Below, piece after piece: positions 1-8,604 of a stretch of DNA of 64,000 nucleotides. Origin of the DNA: an uncultured virus (IMG/VR IMGVR_UViG_3300037851_001367). Its lineage: Duplodnaviria > Heunggongvirae > Uroviricota > Caudoviricetes. Both the position numbers and the translations under genes were made by a program. Positions within the stretch are counted from its first letter, which is position 1. Each line of letters begins with the position of its first letter. Under the pieces are notes generated by a model. That model made no database searches. It had not been told where the DNA came from and saw nothing but the letters and a program-made list of their open reading frames with translations. The stretch lies in IMG/VR virus record IMGVR_UViG_3300037851_001367; one strand, 5' to 3'.

Positions 1-79
1 CACGGAGCACCACGCCCGGCTTCACGTCGTCCACCACGATCGCCCGCACGTGCCCGTCACGACAGAAAGCCTTCGCCAT
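1..79 (-). CDS. hypothetical protein, N-terminal part (runs off window)
   Basis: ATG at 79 (MAKAFCRDGHVRAIVV...) preceded by GGAGGT and the promoter motif at 101-125. Confidence 0.7.
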   Translation of the reverse strand, partial: MAKAFCRDGHVRAIVVDDVKPGVVLR

Positions 80-100
80 CACCGTCACCTCCGATCGCCG

Positions 101-125
101 GTACGCGCGCGACCGCGTGAGCTAC
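101..125 (-). promoter_or_regulatory. ECF-like repeated promoter
   Basis: GTAGCTC-N13-CGTAC-N8-GGAGGT on the minus strand. Confidence 0.75.
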
Positions 126-185
126 GCACGCTTATGATTATCTTCTTACCCTCCGTCCGGTCCCACGCTTTCCGTTTCACTGGGA

Positions 186-509
186 TCAGGTCAGCTCCGG
201 GATCAGGTCAGCGAACAGATACCGCCATAGGGCGCTACCCGAGACGAAGACCTCCCCGTACGGGGACTCTTCGTCCAGAACTCCGAAGAGATCCGGATAC
301 TGTCCTTCCAGTTTCCCAACCACCCTGATCGTCACTCGTCTCCTCAGGGTTGCTCCATCGAAAACCTCCAGAGAGGCGGCTTCATTGGACAATGCGGTCA
401 CCTTGGAGCGGAATCCCCAGCTAATGGCCGGGTCGCCGTCTCTATCACATATGACCCATTTGCTTAGCGCGAGTTTGGACTCTTCCTGAGAGGCAGGAAT
501 GAGCTTCAT
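186..509 (-). CDS. hypothetical protein
   Basis: MKLIPASQEE..., ATGA overlap with the upstream gene. Confidence 0.6.
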   Translation of the reverse strand: MKLIPASQEESKLALSKWVICDRDGDPAISWGFRSKVTALSNEAASLEVFDGATLRRRVTIRVVGKLEGQYPDLFGVLDEESPYGEVFVSGSALWRYLFADLIPELT

Positions 510-721
510 GAGGACGTCTGCCTCACCTCGTGAGGAGGCCACCGGGTTTCGACGCCCTTGAGGAAGCCTTCGGTGTGGCGGACCATTACGAATGCACCCT
601 GGGCGTCCTGGCCCTCGCGCACGAACTCGTAGCCCTTGAACCAGGACTTGAGCGGGATGAGCGACCCGCCCGCCCACACCTTGTGCACCTCGACCGGGTC
701 CCCGTGCTTCATTTCGACCAT
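506..721 (-). CDS. hypothetical protein
   Basis: MVEMKHGDPVEV..., TGATG coupling to the upstream ORF. Confidence 0.65.
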   Translation of the reverse strand: MVEMKHGDPVEVHKVWAGGSLIPLKSWFKGYEFVREGQDAQGAFVMVRHTEGFLKGVETRWPPHEVRQTSS

Positions 722-873
722 CAGTGAATCCTCCGCAGCTCGTCGGTTCCGTCCGCTCGCCGGTACGCCGGCACCGGCCGGGCCTTCGGCCTCCTCGCCT
801 TCGGCTGCGGCAAGGGCTTTTGCCTCTTGCGGCGCACCAGCGCGGCCAGCCACCACGCCCACCAGAGGGTCAT
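721..873 (-). CDS. small Trp/Arg-rich hypothetical protein (50 aa, not in ORF track)
   Basis: MTLWWAWWLAALVRRKRQ...; fills the gap exactly, with stop/start overlaps at both ends. Confidence 0.55.
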   Translation of the reverse strand: MTLWWAWWLAALVRRKRQKPLPQPKARRPKARPVPAYRRADGTDELRRIH

Positions 874-1439
874 TCTTCGGAGCCGACCCAGACTGCGGTC
901 ACGTGGGACAGCTCGCCGCCCTCAGAGCGCACTTCATCCTCCGCGACCTCCCGAGCTTCCTTCTCATCCTCGGCGCTCACGACCTTCCAGACCGAGTCCC
1001 ACGTCTGGTTCGTGAAGAGGCGGGCCACCTCGACGCGGAACCTCTCCTGCTCCGGGGGCTCCTCGTACTGCCCACAGGTCGGCTCGCACTCCCCGGGGAG
1101 TGCGTAGCACTCCGGGCATAGGTCCGAGTGATCCTGCACGTAGTCCAGCTCGATGTTGAGCCCCATCAGGACCTCCTGGATCTGCTCGGTGCTCAACGGC
1201 TGGAGGGCGTCGTCGAGGTCCTCCGGCACGCTCACCCCGACGATCTTGTGGATGTCGGCCCGAACGTCGCCGGGCGACGCCTTGCGGTTCGTCCACACGG
1301 AGGCCGCCAGGTCCTCCATCTGCTCTCGCCACACCTTCGGATCCACGTAGTCTTCTCCTCCCGTCAGGGCCACGTGCCTGACGAACTGACCGCCTCGCAG
1401 TACGCTGTAGCCGCGCCCATCTTCGTCGTCGACGATCAC
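870..1439 (-). CDS. hypothetical protein with CxxC...CxxxC
   Basis: 189-aa ORF coupled by 4-nt overlaps. Confidence 0.7.
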   Translation of the reverse strand: MIVDDEDGRGYSVLRGGQFVRHVALTGGEDYVDPKVWREQMEDLAASVWTNRKASPGDVRADIHKIVGVSVPEDLDDALQPLSTEQIQEVLMGLNIELDYVQDHSDLCPECYALPGECEPTCGQYEEPPEQERFRVEVARLFTNQTWDSVWKVVSAEDEKEAREVAEDEVRSEGGELSHVTAVWVGSEE

Positions 1440-1669
1440 CGCTTATACCCGGCCTTCTTGACCTCCGCGGCGGAGTAGTCGTCCGCGGGCTTGAGGTCGT
1501 CCGTGTCGACGCCCAGGCTCGAAAGCTCGATGAGCTTCGACGCCAGGCTGTCGATCTCTGCCTTCGTGTAGGAGGCGATGTCGACGCCGTAGTGCTCGTC
1601 GATGAAGAGCTGGAGCCACACGGCCCTGTTCCTCTTCTCCGCCGCGTCCGCCTTCTTCGTGGCGCTCAT
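1436..1669 (-). CDS. hypothetical protein
   Basis: MSATKKADAAEK..., ATGA overlap. Confidence 0.7.
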   Translation of the reverse strand: MSATKKADAAEKRNRAVWLQLFIDEHYGVDIASYTKAEIDSLASKLIELSSLGVDTDDLKPADDYSAAEVKKAGYKR

Positions 1670-1836
1670 TCCGGTGCTCCTTCGGTCTCGTACATCACCT
1701 CGCGCGTGGCGGCGTCGACCACCTTGTGGCCGGACCCCGACTCGGCGTGCAGGCACTCAGCGTCCTGCGCCGCCTCGTGACATTCGGCGTACGGCTCGCC
1801 GCACACCACCCCGTCTGCGTTCTCGATCACGAACAC
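1666..1836 (-). CDS. hypothetical protein (56 aa)
   Basis: GTG start 6 nt after GGAGGT; promoter motif at 1857-1881. Confidence 0.6.
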   Translation of the reverse strand: MFVIENADGVVCGEPYAECHEAAQDAECLHAESGSGHKVVDAATREVMYETEGAPE

Positions 1837-1856
1837 CGCGTCACCTCCGCACGTCC

Positions 1857-1913
1857 GTACGTGCGCGCGGTCGTCACCTCCGCGCCGCGTAAGTCCGCGC
1901 GCCGGCCGCGTTC
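1857..1913. promoter_or_regulatory. back-to-back divergent ECF-like promoters
   Basis: minus 1857-1881 GGAGGTG-N13-CGTAC; plus 1889-1913 GTAAGTC-N13-CGTTC. Confidence 0.6.
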
Positions 1914-1922
1914 CCGATCCCG

Positions 1923-2249
1923 ATGCCAGAATCAGCGTTGCGCGTACTCGTGCTGGAGGATGACGAGATGCTCCAGCGAACGTGGACCCGGATACTCAAA
2001 CGGCGCGGTCACGAAGTGACCGTGGCCGGCACCATCACCGAAGTCCGCACCCTCATGGCCGTCCAGCCGGACGTCCTGCTTCTCGACCGGAACGTGCCCG
2101 ACGGGGACGGCTGGTCGCTGAAGCAGGAGGCGGAGCCCGGTGTGCGCGTCGTCCTGATGACGGCCCAGCCGCCACCGGGCGCTCCGCCGCACTTCGCAAA
2201 GCCCGGGACGACCGAAGAGCTCTACAGGTGGGTCGAAGGCCGGATGTAA
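1923..2249 (+). CDS. stand-alone response regulator receiver (CheY-like) protein
   Basis: VLVLEDD acidic pocket, PDVLLLD phospho-acceptor, PDGDG, VVLMT, and FAKP Lys-Pro. Confidence 0.9.
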   Translation: MPESALRVLVLEDDEMLQRTWTRILKRRGHEVTVAGTITEVRTLMAVQPDVLLLDRNVPDGDGWSLKQEAEPGVRVVLMTAQPPPGAPPHFAKPGTTEELYRWVEGRM

Positions 2250-2258
2250 CCTTCCGGC

Positions 2259-2642
2259 GTGCCGGAGGACATCCCCTTTGAGAGACACCACCGCGCGGCC
2301 GGGGGAGGGGACGTAAAGGACGTCCCCGCCTTCGACGTACTCCCGCCCGACTGGAAGGACCTCCGCGGCGCCAAGGGCAACGTCCTCGACGACCATGCCG
2401 CAGCCCGGATCCTGCTTCCTCTCTGCCGGGAGAACATCGCAAACTGCGACAGGGAGAAGGACGTCACCAGCCTCGTCTGGAGCTGCCTCCTCGCGTCAGG
2501 CTTCGAAGTGTTCGTCTGCTTCATCCGTGGTCACGTCGGCGAGGAGGAGATCGTCGTCGTCACCTCCGACGGATCGGCGTCGTGGCCCGTCCGACAGCTA
2601 ACTCCTGACGCCGTCGACTTCCTGGAAGTCCAAGCGCTCTGA
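2259..2642 (+). CDS. hypothetical protein with C-terminal tag variant (FLEVQAL)
   Basis: 127-aa ORF. Confidence 0.7.
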   Translation: MPEDIPFERHHRAAGGGDVKDVPAFDVLPPDWKDLRGAKGNVLDDHAAARILLPLCRENIANCDREKDVTSLVWSCLLASGFEVFVCFIRGHVGEEEIVVVTSDGSASWPVRQLTPDAVDFLEVQAL

Positions 2643-2659
2643 CCGTAACGAGGCACGCA

Positions 2660-3109
2660 ATGGAGTCTGACGTAACGCGCGTGGATGAGAAAGAGCGGGC
2701 CCTGTGGCAGAAGATCAGGTCCGGCGAGGACCTGAGCCCTGAGGAACAGGCGTTCCTCGACCAGCGAAGCCAGGCGCGGTCCGCCTTCTTCCAGGCCAAG
2801 AAAGCATCCCTCCGCGTCGGCGACAGCGCCCGCGCCCAGTTCTTCCGCCTCAAGGACGAAAAGCTCGCCTCGTTCGGCCCGGTGCTGGCAGCGCTCCATC
2901 GGTACTCGGTCGCGAAGAAGCAGGGGACGGACGAGAGGCCCGTCGTCGACGAGGACGGTGAGGCGCTCTTCCGCGGGTACGGGCTCCTCCGCTGGGTCAT
3001 GATGACGCTCGACGAGGACGAGCAGGACGCCGACGCCCTGGAGATCGCGCGCCAGTGCTTCGACGCCATGGCCCCGATCTGCGCCGCGTTCATACCCCGC
3101 TGGCTCTGA
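2660..3109 (+). CDS. hypothetical protein
   Basis: 149-aa ORF; promoter GGAAGTC-N13-CGTAA at 2624-2648. Confidence 0.75.
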   Translation: MESDVTRVDEKERALWQKIRSGEDLSPEEQAFLDQRSQARSAFFQAKKASLRVGDSARAQFFRLKDEKLASFGPVLAALHRYSVAKKQGTDERPVVDEDGEALFRGYGLLRWVMMTLDEDEQDADALEIARQCFDAMAPICAAFIPRWL

Positions 3110-3114
3110 TCCCC

Positions 3115-3144
3115 TGGCATATATCCGCGCGATGTATGCCATAC
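3115..3144. promoter_or_regulatory. inverted-repeat operator candidate (TGGCATAYA boxes)
   Basis: TGGCATATAT-N7-ATGTATGCCA; the same boxes recur at 36409-36442. Confidence 0.55.
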
Positions 3145-3201
3145 GGTCGAGGCCACGCCGCCCACGGCGGAGGTCTGACCCGGCCGGGCGTACCGGTCGG
3201 C

Positions 3202-3462
3202 ATGGCGAAGCTGAAGCCGGAGGCCGTGCGCGTGTCCGAATGGATGAGCTGGTGGGCCCCAGAGGTCAAGAAGCGCATCGACCGTGGAGAGAAGCTCTTC
3301 GCGGAAGTCCGTGAGCTCTACGAGCAGGTTCGCAAGACGCCCGACGACGACGCCGTCCTGCGCGCCTGCCTCGACAAGATGGCCGAGTGCCGCGTCGAGC
3401 TCGACAAGGCTCCTCCCGGCGCTTACGACTACCTCTCTCACATCGGTACGTTCATCCCATGA
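3202..3462 (+). CDS. hypothetical protein
   Basis: MAKLKPEAV..., ATG 8 nt after CGTAC (promoter 3169-3193). Confidence 0.7.
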   Translation: MAKLKPEAVRVSEWMSWWAPEVKKRIDRGEKLFAEVRELYEQVRKTPDDDAVLRACLDKMAECRVELDKAPPGAYDYLSHIGTFIP

Positions 3463-3689
3463 ACAAGCACACGAAGGCCATCCTCGGAGCCCTGCAGGCG
3501 GGCGTCGACTCCATGGAGATCGATGGTGACGACCTCAACGACCGCCTGAACTCCATCATGGGCGATGTCGACGAGGACAAGATCGACCAGAAGGAACTGC
3601 GGGCCGAGTTGGTCAAATACCTGTCGAAGAAGGCGCTCAAGACCGCCGACGAGATGCTCGGCATGGTGCAGCAGGTCTACAACCTATGA
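3459..3689 (+). CDS. hypothetical protein with C-terminal tag (VQQVYNL)
   Basis: MNKHTKAILG..., ATGA overlaps. Confidence 0.75.
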   Translation: MNKHTKAILGALQAGVDSMEIDGDDLNDRLNSIMGDVDEDKIDQKELRAELVKYLSKKALKTADEMLGMVQQVYNL

Positions 3690-4012
3690 ACTACAACGCG
3701 AAAGAGCACGCCCGCGAGGTCGCCGCCAACGTCAAGGAGGAGGACTTCGCCTTCACCGTCCGCGCCGTCGAGAGCGACTGGGACGTCTACCACTTCAAGA
3801 CCGCCGCGGGGAAGCCCGGCACCCTCGCCTTCAAGGTCGAGAACGAGCAGGTGACGATCTCCGTCTTCCAGTCCGGACACCTCACGAAGGTCCAGGCGCG
3901 CGCAGCCGTCGTCGCCTCGTACGCCAAGGGCGGCGAGAAGCGGGGCAACTGGGTCAAGGGCTACGTCCGTAACGGAGTGCGGGTCGCCGGGTACTATCGC
4001 GGAAGACGCTGA
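3686..4012 (+). CDS. hypothetical protein with basic C-terminal VKGYVRNGVRVAGYYR motif
   Basis: 108-aa ORF coupled to its neighbours. Confidence 0.75.
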   Translation: MNYNAKEHAREVAANVKEEDFAFTVRAVESDWDVYHFKTAAGKPGTLAFKVENEQVTISVFQSGHLTKVQARAAVVASYAKGGEKRGNWVKGYVRNGVRVAGYYRGRR

Positions 4013-4512
4013 TGGGCAAGCCGCACGTGACCAAGGAGCAGTGCACCCCCGGGACCGCCGAGTGGTTCTGGTACAAGATGGAGCGCGACCAGGTCAACGC
4101 GATGCTGAAGTACGTGGAGAAGGGCGGCCGGGTGCCCCCTGGCGTCGATCCGGAGGACGTGGTCCGGGCAGCCCTTCAAAAGAGCGACGGAGGGCGGCCC
4201 ACCGTCACCACGGTCAACCAGCGGAACCTCCTGCGCCTGCTCAAGCTCGGGAATCTCCCCGCCGAGGCGATTCGCGACGTCCTGCTGTTCGGCAGCGCGT
4301 ACACCGTCATGGACCTGCACCGTATCCGCCCGGACCTGCTCCCCGCCGCGGAGATAGAACAGCACATCAAGCACGAGGCCACCCAGCTCATCGAGCTGCA
4401 CTTCGTGCGCGGACGACAGAACGACAAGCGACTGCGGGCCTTCATCAACAAGGTGGAGAAGATCCCAGGGCTCGCGGAAATCGTGGCGGTCCACGCCGTA
4501 CACGCGCTGTGA
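4012..4512 (+). CDS. hypothetical protein with C-terminal tag (VHAVHAL)
   Basis: 166-aa ORF, TGATG overlap. Confidence 0.8.
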   Translation: MGKPHVTKEQCTPGTAEWFWYKMERDQVNAMLKYVEKGGRVPPGVDPEDVVRAALQKSDGGRPTVTTVNQRNLLRLLKLGNLPAEAIRDVLLFGSAYTVMDLHRIRPDLLPAAEIEQHIKHEATQLIELHFVRGRQNDKRLRAFINKVEKIPGLAEIVAVHAVHAL

Positions 4513-4712
4513 GGGTCGAGCAGCAGGACCTGGACAGAGAGCCTTCGGCCGTCGAGGTCCGTCCCGGCGACGCCTGCTACTACTGCGGCGATCCGCTCCC
4601 GGAGCCTCCGTACGTCCTCTGGTCGGGGACGACCGGGCAGATAGGGCTCCACAACAAGTGCGCGCTCAAGCTCTCGGACCACCTCCAGGCGGACGCGCAA
4701 CCACGGCACTGA
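4509..4712 (+). CDS. small Zn-finger-like protein (CxxC...HxxC)
   Basis: GTG overlapping the upstream stop; CYYC and HNKC. Confidence 0.6.
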   Translation: MRVEQQDLDREPSAVEVRPGDACYYCGDPLPEPPYVLWSGTTGQIGLHNKCALKLSDHLQADAQPRH

Positions 4713-4713
4713 C

Positions 4714-4932
4714 ATGGACCTTCCCGAGCTAGAGCACGAGTTCACTGAGCGCGCACCCGACCTCGTCCACGACGGTTATGCGGGCAAGGACGTCGGAGAC
4801 GGGTCGGTCTCCTGCTCGCGGTGCGGCCTCGTCCTCCCGACGGAGGGAGGGGAGATATCGCCTGACTGGCGGAGGTTCGTCCAGGGAATCAGCTGCGCTG
4901 AGCGGCTCGTGGACCTCGTCGACGCGCTATAA
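4714..4932 (+). CDS. small CxxC protein with C-terminal tag (CAERLVDLVDAL)
   Basis: HEF...CSRCG...C-tag. Confidence 0.75.
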   Translation: MDLPELEHEFTERAPDLVHDGYAGKDVGDGSVSCSRCGLVLPTEGGEISPDWRRFVQGISCAERLVDLVDAL

Positions 4933-4958
4933 GGCTATGGTGGCGCCGGCTCCGTGAA

Positions 4959-5234
4959 GTGTCGGACTCTCTTCGGCCTACCGAGATGGCGGTGATGGCC
5001 CTGCTGGAGCAGGTCATCGTCGAGGCTGAACGAGCTCAGACCCTCGTCCAGGACGACGGGCGGGTCAGCGGGGAGGACGACCGCCGGGAAATCCTCAACC
5101 ACGTCATGCGGATACGGGCTCTGGTGAAGCGGGTGGAGTCGGCGCTTGGCCCGAAGATACTCGACTCGACGCCGCCGCCATCGCGGCCCGGGACCTCATC
5201 GCGGATGACTTCGAAGCTGCGTCGGCCGCGCTGA
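4959..5234 (+). CDS. hypothetical protein
   Basis: 91-aa helical ORF; overlaps the convergent gene. Confidence 0.55.
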   Translation: MSDSLRPTEMAVMALLEQVIVEAERAQTLVQDDGRVSGEDDRREILNHVMRIRALVKRVESALGPKILDSTPPPSRPGTSSRMTSKLRRPR

Positions 5235-5886
5235 CGCACTTCTGAAGCCGGATGGCCGTGTTGGACACGGCGAGCACGACCCCGTACCAGCGATTGCCGT
5301 CCCGGTTCCCGGAATAGCTCACGCGGTCGGCTCCGAACTCGACCGCGTCGCCCGGCTCCAGTGAGTCCGGGACCACGTAAAAGACGGGCCCGTTCCCACG
5401 GTTGAACCACCGTCTCCGCAGTCCGCCCGGCGCCACGGGATCGACTTCGAGGGTCGCAGCCCAATTCTTCGCACGATGGTGCTCGTTCCAGGCCGGGACC
5501 TCCATCAGACCACGGTTGAGCACCGCATAGTCCCTTGGCGCCCACTCCTGCTCGCGCGCGATCCTCGCGCGCTCCTGCTGTTCGGCGGCCTCGGCCTGCC
5601 GGCTTTCCTGGGAGGACCGGATCTCCTCGTGCGTCGCCAGTCGCGCCCTCTGCACCCCGTGCCTGACCCACAGGTCCGTCTGCTGCCACTGGAGGGAGGA
5701 CCACGTGTACGGAGTCCCCGGGTCCTCGTCGACGAAGATGGTCCTCTTGGTGCTCGACTCGGACACGCGCGCGAGTCCGCCGTAGAACATGGGAGCTCTT
5801 CCGGGCACGTAGACGGGCTGTCCAGGGGACGGGCGCCTCTTGTCCTTGGGGCGGAACTGCTCCGCGTCGCTCGGGCTGTCTGCCAT
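5104..5886 (-). CDS. hypothetical phage-type protein
   Basis: 260-aa ORF, ATG 8 nt after a TGTAA promoter element. Confidence 0.75.
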   Translation of the reverse strand: MADSPSDAEQFRPKDKRRPSPGQPVYVPGRAPMFYGGLARVSESSTKRTIFVDEDPGTPYTWSSLQWQQTDLWVRHGVQRARLATHEEIRSSQESRQAEAAEQQERARIAREQEWAPRDYAVLNRGLMEVPAWNEHHRAKNWAATLEVDPVAPGGLRRRWFNRGNGPVFYVVPDSLEPGDAVEFGADRVSYSGNRDGNRWYGVVLAVSNTAIRLQKCVSAADAASKSSAMRSRAAMAAASSRVSSGQAPTPPASPEPVSA

Positions 5887-5902
5887 GCCCGAGCTTACAG
5901 CC

Positions 5903-6271
5903 TTACTCCACCGCCTTCTTCAGGTCGGACTCCAGCTTCGACAGCGCGCAGAAGGAGCAGATCGGGTAGGCCGCGTGCTCGCCGCCGTCGAGCTCCTTGC
6001 AGAAGCACTTCCTCCGGCTCCCGAGGTAACGGCTGACGTGTTCGACGTCGGACTTCGCCTTGCGAAGACACCCCATGGCCGCGGCCAGCTTCTCGGCCTC
6101 GGGGCGCCTGTCGCGTAGGAACCTCTCGGCATACTCGACGAGCGTGAAGCCGCGGACGGGCTCGCTTTCGTCGATCGTCCCCACGCGGACGAGGACTCGG
6201 TGCAGGTACGTTCCGAGCAGGACTTCCCCCAACCCGGAGAGCTTGTCGAACAGCTTGTCGGCGATCTCCAT
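5903..6271 (-). CDS. hypothetical protein with CxC...CxxC
   Basis: 122-aa ORF; promoter GAAGATC-N13-CGTAA at 6281-6305. Confidence 0.7.
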   Translation of the reverse strand: MEIADKLFDKLSGLGEVLLGTYLHRVLVRVGTIDESEPVRGFTLVEYAERFLRDRRPEAEKLAAAMGCLRKAKSDVEHVSRYLGSRRKCFCKELDGGEHAAYPICSFCALSKLESDLKKAVE

Positions 6272-6289
6272 GCCCGGAGGTTACGCCCG

Positions 6290-6775
6290 TCAGCCGACGA
6301 TCTTCTCGTTCTCCCTAAGGCCGAACGGCTTGCGCACTATCTCGATGGCCGAGACGCGCCACGGGTCCACCAGACTGACCCCGTACATGCCGCAGTGATA
6401 GCAGAGCCTCCCGAGGTCCTCCGGGTTCTCTGCGTTCACGACGATGACGACGTTCTCCTTCAGCGCCGGCACCACGTGGTGCTCCACGTTCTTATTCTGG
6501 ATCGGAGACCCTGAGAACACGCGGTTGCCCGCCCGGCTCGTGAAGGAGGACACATACTCTTCCGTCACCGGCATGTCGCGCCCGGTGTGCCTGGTCGCCG
6601 CGAGGAGGACTTTCACGATGAGGGCGTCCAGCTCGTTCGGGGTCGCGCACTTGAGGTACTTCGGAGCCGATCGCAGGACCTGGCGGAAGACGACGCTCCC
6701 GCCCTCGCCCGTCTGGAACACGCCGAACGGGTCCACGTCATGAATCGCTCCGCACGGAGGATACGGGTCGAACAT
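6290..6775 (-). CDS. hypothetical protein (start uncertain)
   Basis: MFDPYPPCGAIH... ORF. Confidence 0.6.
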   Translation of the reverse strand: MFDPYPPCGAIHDVDPFGVFQTGEGGSVVFRQVLRSAPKYLKCATPNELDALIVKVLLAATRHTGRDMPVTEEYVSSFTSRAGNRVFSGSPIQNKNVEHHVVPALKENVVIVVNAENPEDLGRLCYHCGMYGVSLVDPWRVSAIEIVRKPFGLRENEKIVG

Positions 6776-6833
6776 GAAGAGCCGGGAAAGATGGGTCTCG
6801 AAGGGCTTTACCTCGACGGGACAGCAGCCGGAC

Positions 6834-7022
6834 TCAGAGGTCGTGGATCTTCTTGACGATTTCGAACGTGCAGTTCGCATCGATCCCCTGCTTCTTTCCG
6901 GTCTGGGTGATGTTGACCTTGCCGGAGAGCTCGGGTATCCTCACGGGTCCCGCTCCGCAACGCGAGCAGGAGTACACCTTCTGGCCGTTCTCACGCTTTT
7001 GGAGCTCCCATGCGTGGTTCAA
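6834..7022 (-). CDS. small HxW/CxxC protein with C-terminal tag (CTFEIVKKIHDL)
   Basis: TTG start, HAW...CSRCG...C-tag. Confidence 0.75.
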   Translation of the reverse strand: MNHAWELQKRENGQKVYSCSRCGAGPVRIPELSGKVNITQTGKKQGIDANCTFEIVKKIHDL

Positions 7023-7030
7023 GGGAGGAC

Positions 7031-7131
7031 CTGCAAGGCTGAAAGGAACGCCCCGGCACGCTGGTTACGGACCCATCCATTGGAGGTGGCGGCATCCGAG
7101 ACGCACCGAGACGCTCCTTTCAGCCCTGCAG
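7031..7131 (-). ncRNA. long RNA hairpin (30-bp stem), candidate structured RNA or processing site
   Basis: 7031-7060 pairs with 7102-7131; all six non-Watson-Crick positions are G:U on the minus strand. Confidence 0.55.
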
Positions 7132-7133
7132 TA

Positions 7134-7274
7134 TTACGGCCTTTTCCAGGAGCCGGAGCGGCGGTCCCACCGCCGAATGACGAACTCGGTGCCCGAAGCG
7201 CACGCCCGGGCCTGCTGGAGCGTGTTGAAGCGGAAGACCGACACGAAGTTGCCCGACGGCATGAGCCATCCCAT
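7134..7274 (-). CDS. possible small protein (46 aa)
   Basis: MGWLMPSGNFVSVFRF...; lies between two hairpins. Confidence 0.35.
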   Translation of the reverse strand: MGWLMPSGNFVSVFRFNTLQQARACASGTEFVIRRWDRRSGSWKRP

Positions 7275-7359
7275 GGCCCACGGAGGCAGTCTGTCCCGGT
7301 CTCCAACCTCCTCGACAAGCCCTTCACAGCTCGGTATCCCGTCCGCCCTCTGAGTTAGC

Positions 7360-7448
7360 GAAGGCGGCCCGCGCTCCGGAAGGGGGGATCCCGGAGCTGG
7401 CAGGGCCGTCTTCTGGACCCACATTACAGCGACCGCCGTGAGACTTAC
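7360..7448 (-). promoter_or_regulatory. ECF-like promoter followed by a 5-prime stem-loop
   Basis: GTAAGTC-N13-TGTAA at 7448-7424; hairpin GAAGGCGGCCC/GGGCCGTCTTC with inner GCTCCGG/CCGGAGC at 7360-7413. Confidence 0.55.
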
Positions 7449-7455
7449 GAGGATC

Positions 7456-7734
7456 CTAGCGACCATCGATGCCGCCCTCCTCGTAGACTGCGTTTTCGTC
7501 CTCGAAGTCTCCCTGCCGCAGCTCGACGGTGTCGCCGGACTGACGGTCGTGAACGACCCAGACCGTCTCGCCCTTGCGAGGGTATCGGGTCATGCCGAGC
7601 GCTATCGCCGCGGCTTCTAGCGCAGAGCTTGCGTCGTCGACTCCGATGATCAGGGAGACCACAAACCGTTGGGCTGGACTGACGTAGACCGAAGAGACTT
7701 CTCGCCTTGCGAAGGCGTCACCCTGGACGGGCAT
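7456..7734 (-). CDS. hypothetical protein
   Basis: 92-aa ORF with GGAG RBS. Confidence 0.65.
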   Translation of the reverse strand: MPVQGDAFARREVSSVYVSPAQRFVVSLIIGVDDASSALEAAAIALGMTRYPRKGETVWVVHDRQSGDTVELRQGDFEDENAVYEEGGIDGR

Positions 7735-7858
7735 TGATTCGCTCCTTGCTGCCCGCCCGTACGCCGCATTCCGGACAACTTACGCCTACCGCCCGGAATT
7801 GTACGCCCGCGCAGGGTTGTCCAAAGGCATTTTCAGTCTCAAATTGTAGCAGTTTTGC

Positions 7859-8068
7859 ATGGGCTCCTACCGCTTCACGTTCTCGGACGAGAGCAAAGCC
7901 CGGTCCTTCGTCCACGATCTCACGCAGTCGTGCTCACGCCTCTGCATCTACAGGTCCGGGGCGGTCGTGACCGTCCTCGACGGATCCCCGATTGGCCAGC
8001 GGGAGGAGATCTACTCGTGCGCCTGGTCCCACGGCGCCACGGGCGCGGGGCCGACCGACCGAGGCTAA
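7859..8068 (+). CDS. hypothetical protein
   Basis: 69-aa ORF. Confidence 0.6.
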   Translation: MGSYRFTFSDESKARSFVHDLTQSCSRLCIYRSGAVVTVLDGSPIGQREEIYSCAWSHGATGAGPTDRG

Positions 8069-8328
8069 AAGTCCGACACCTCTTGGAGGAGCTGCTCAGC
8101 GCAGTTGCTCAGGACCCCCTGCTCCTCCATCGCGGAAGCCAGGCTCTGGTCCCTCCTGACGGTCAGGCGGACGGCGCACTTGGCGCACCGGTACTTGAAA
8201 TCGTCGCAGTCGAAGACGACGTCGCGCTCGCTCTCCCAGACGTGCCTCTCCACCGGAGTCTCGTCCTCCTTGGACTCGAACTCCTCGGTCAGCTTGTCGA
8301 GGAGCGCCTCGAACTCCGGGTCGGACAC
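8065..8328 (-). CDS. HxW/CxxC protein with C-terminal tag (CAEQLLQEVSDF)
   Basis: GTG after GGGAG; HVW...CAKC...C-tag. Confidence 0.75.
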   Translation of the reverse strand: MSDPEFEALLDKLTEEFESKEDETPVERHVWESERDVVFDCDDFKYRCAKCAVRLTVRRDQSLASAMEEQGVLSNCAEQLLQEVSDF

Positions 8329-8604
8329 TGTGCTCCCAAGACCTCCGCAGTCGGGTACGCCGGCATCGCCGGGACTTCCATCGGAGGCACGGGCCGTGAT
8401 TGTCTTGAGAAAGTGTCCCCCGACGGCCGGCGAGCGAGGAGAGGTGGCGCCAATCCGCGTGCCGACCCCATCAGGGGACCCTGACATTCAAGCAGACGCT
8501 CAGTCCGGCAGTAACCCCTCGCAAACCTGCGACCGTGCCGTCAGGGTTATCAGCGCGCCTTTTCCGTACTTAAATTGCCCGGGAAAGGCGATGCGTAGAC
8601 TCCG

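Noticed and set aside
5104..5234. 131-nt convergent overlap of 4959-5234 and 5104-5886 as an antisense system
   Set aside because: The overlapping tails are low-complexity and are explained more simply by stop-codon scarcity in GC-rich DNA
7330..7420. c-di-AMP (ydaO) riboswitch-like words GGAAGGGGG and GCTAAC
   Set aside because: The two words lie on opposite strands and the other conserved elements are missing
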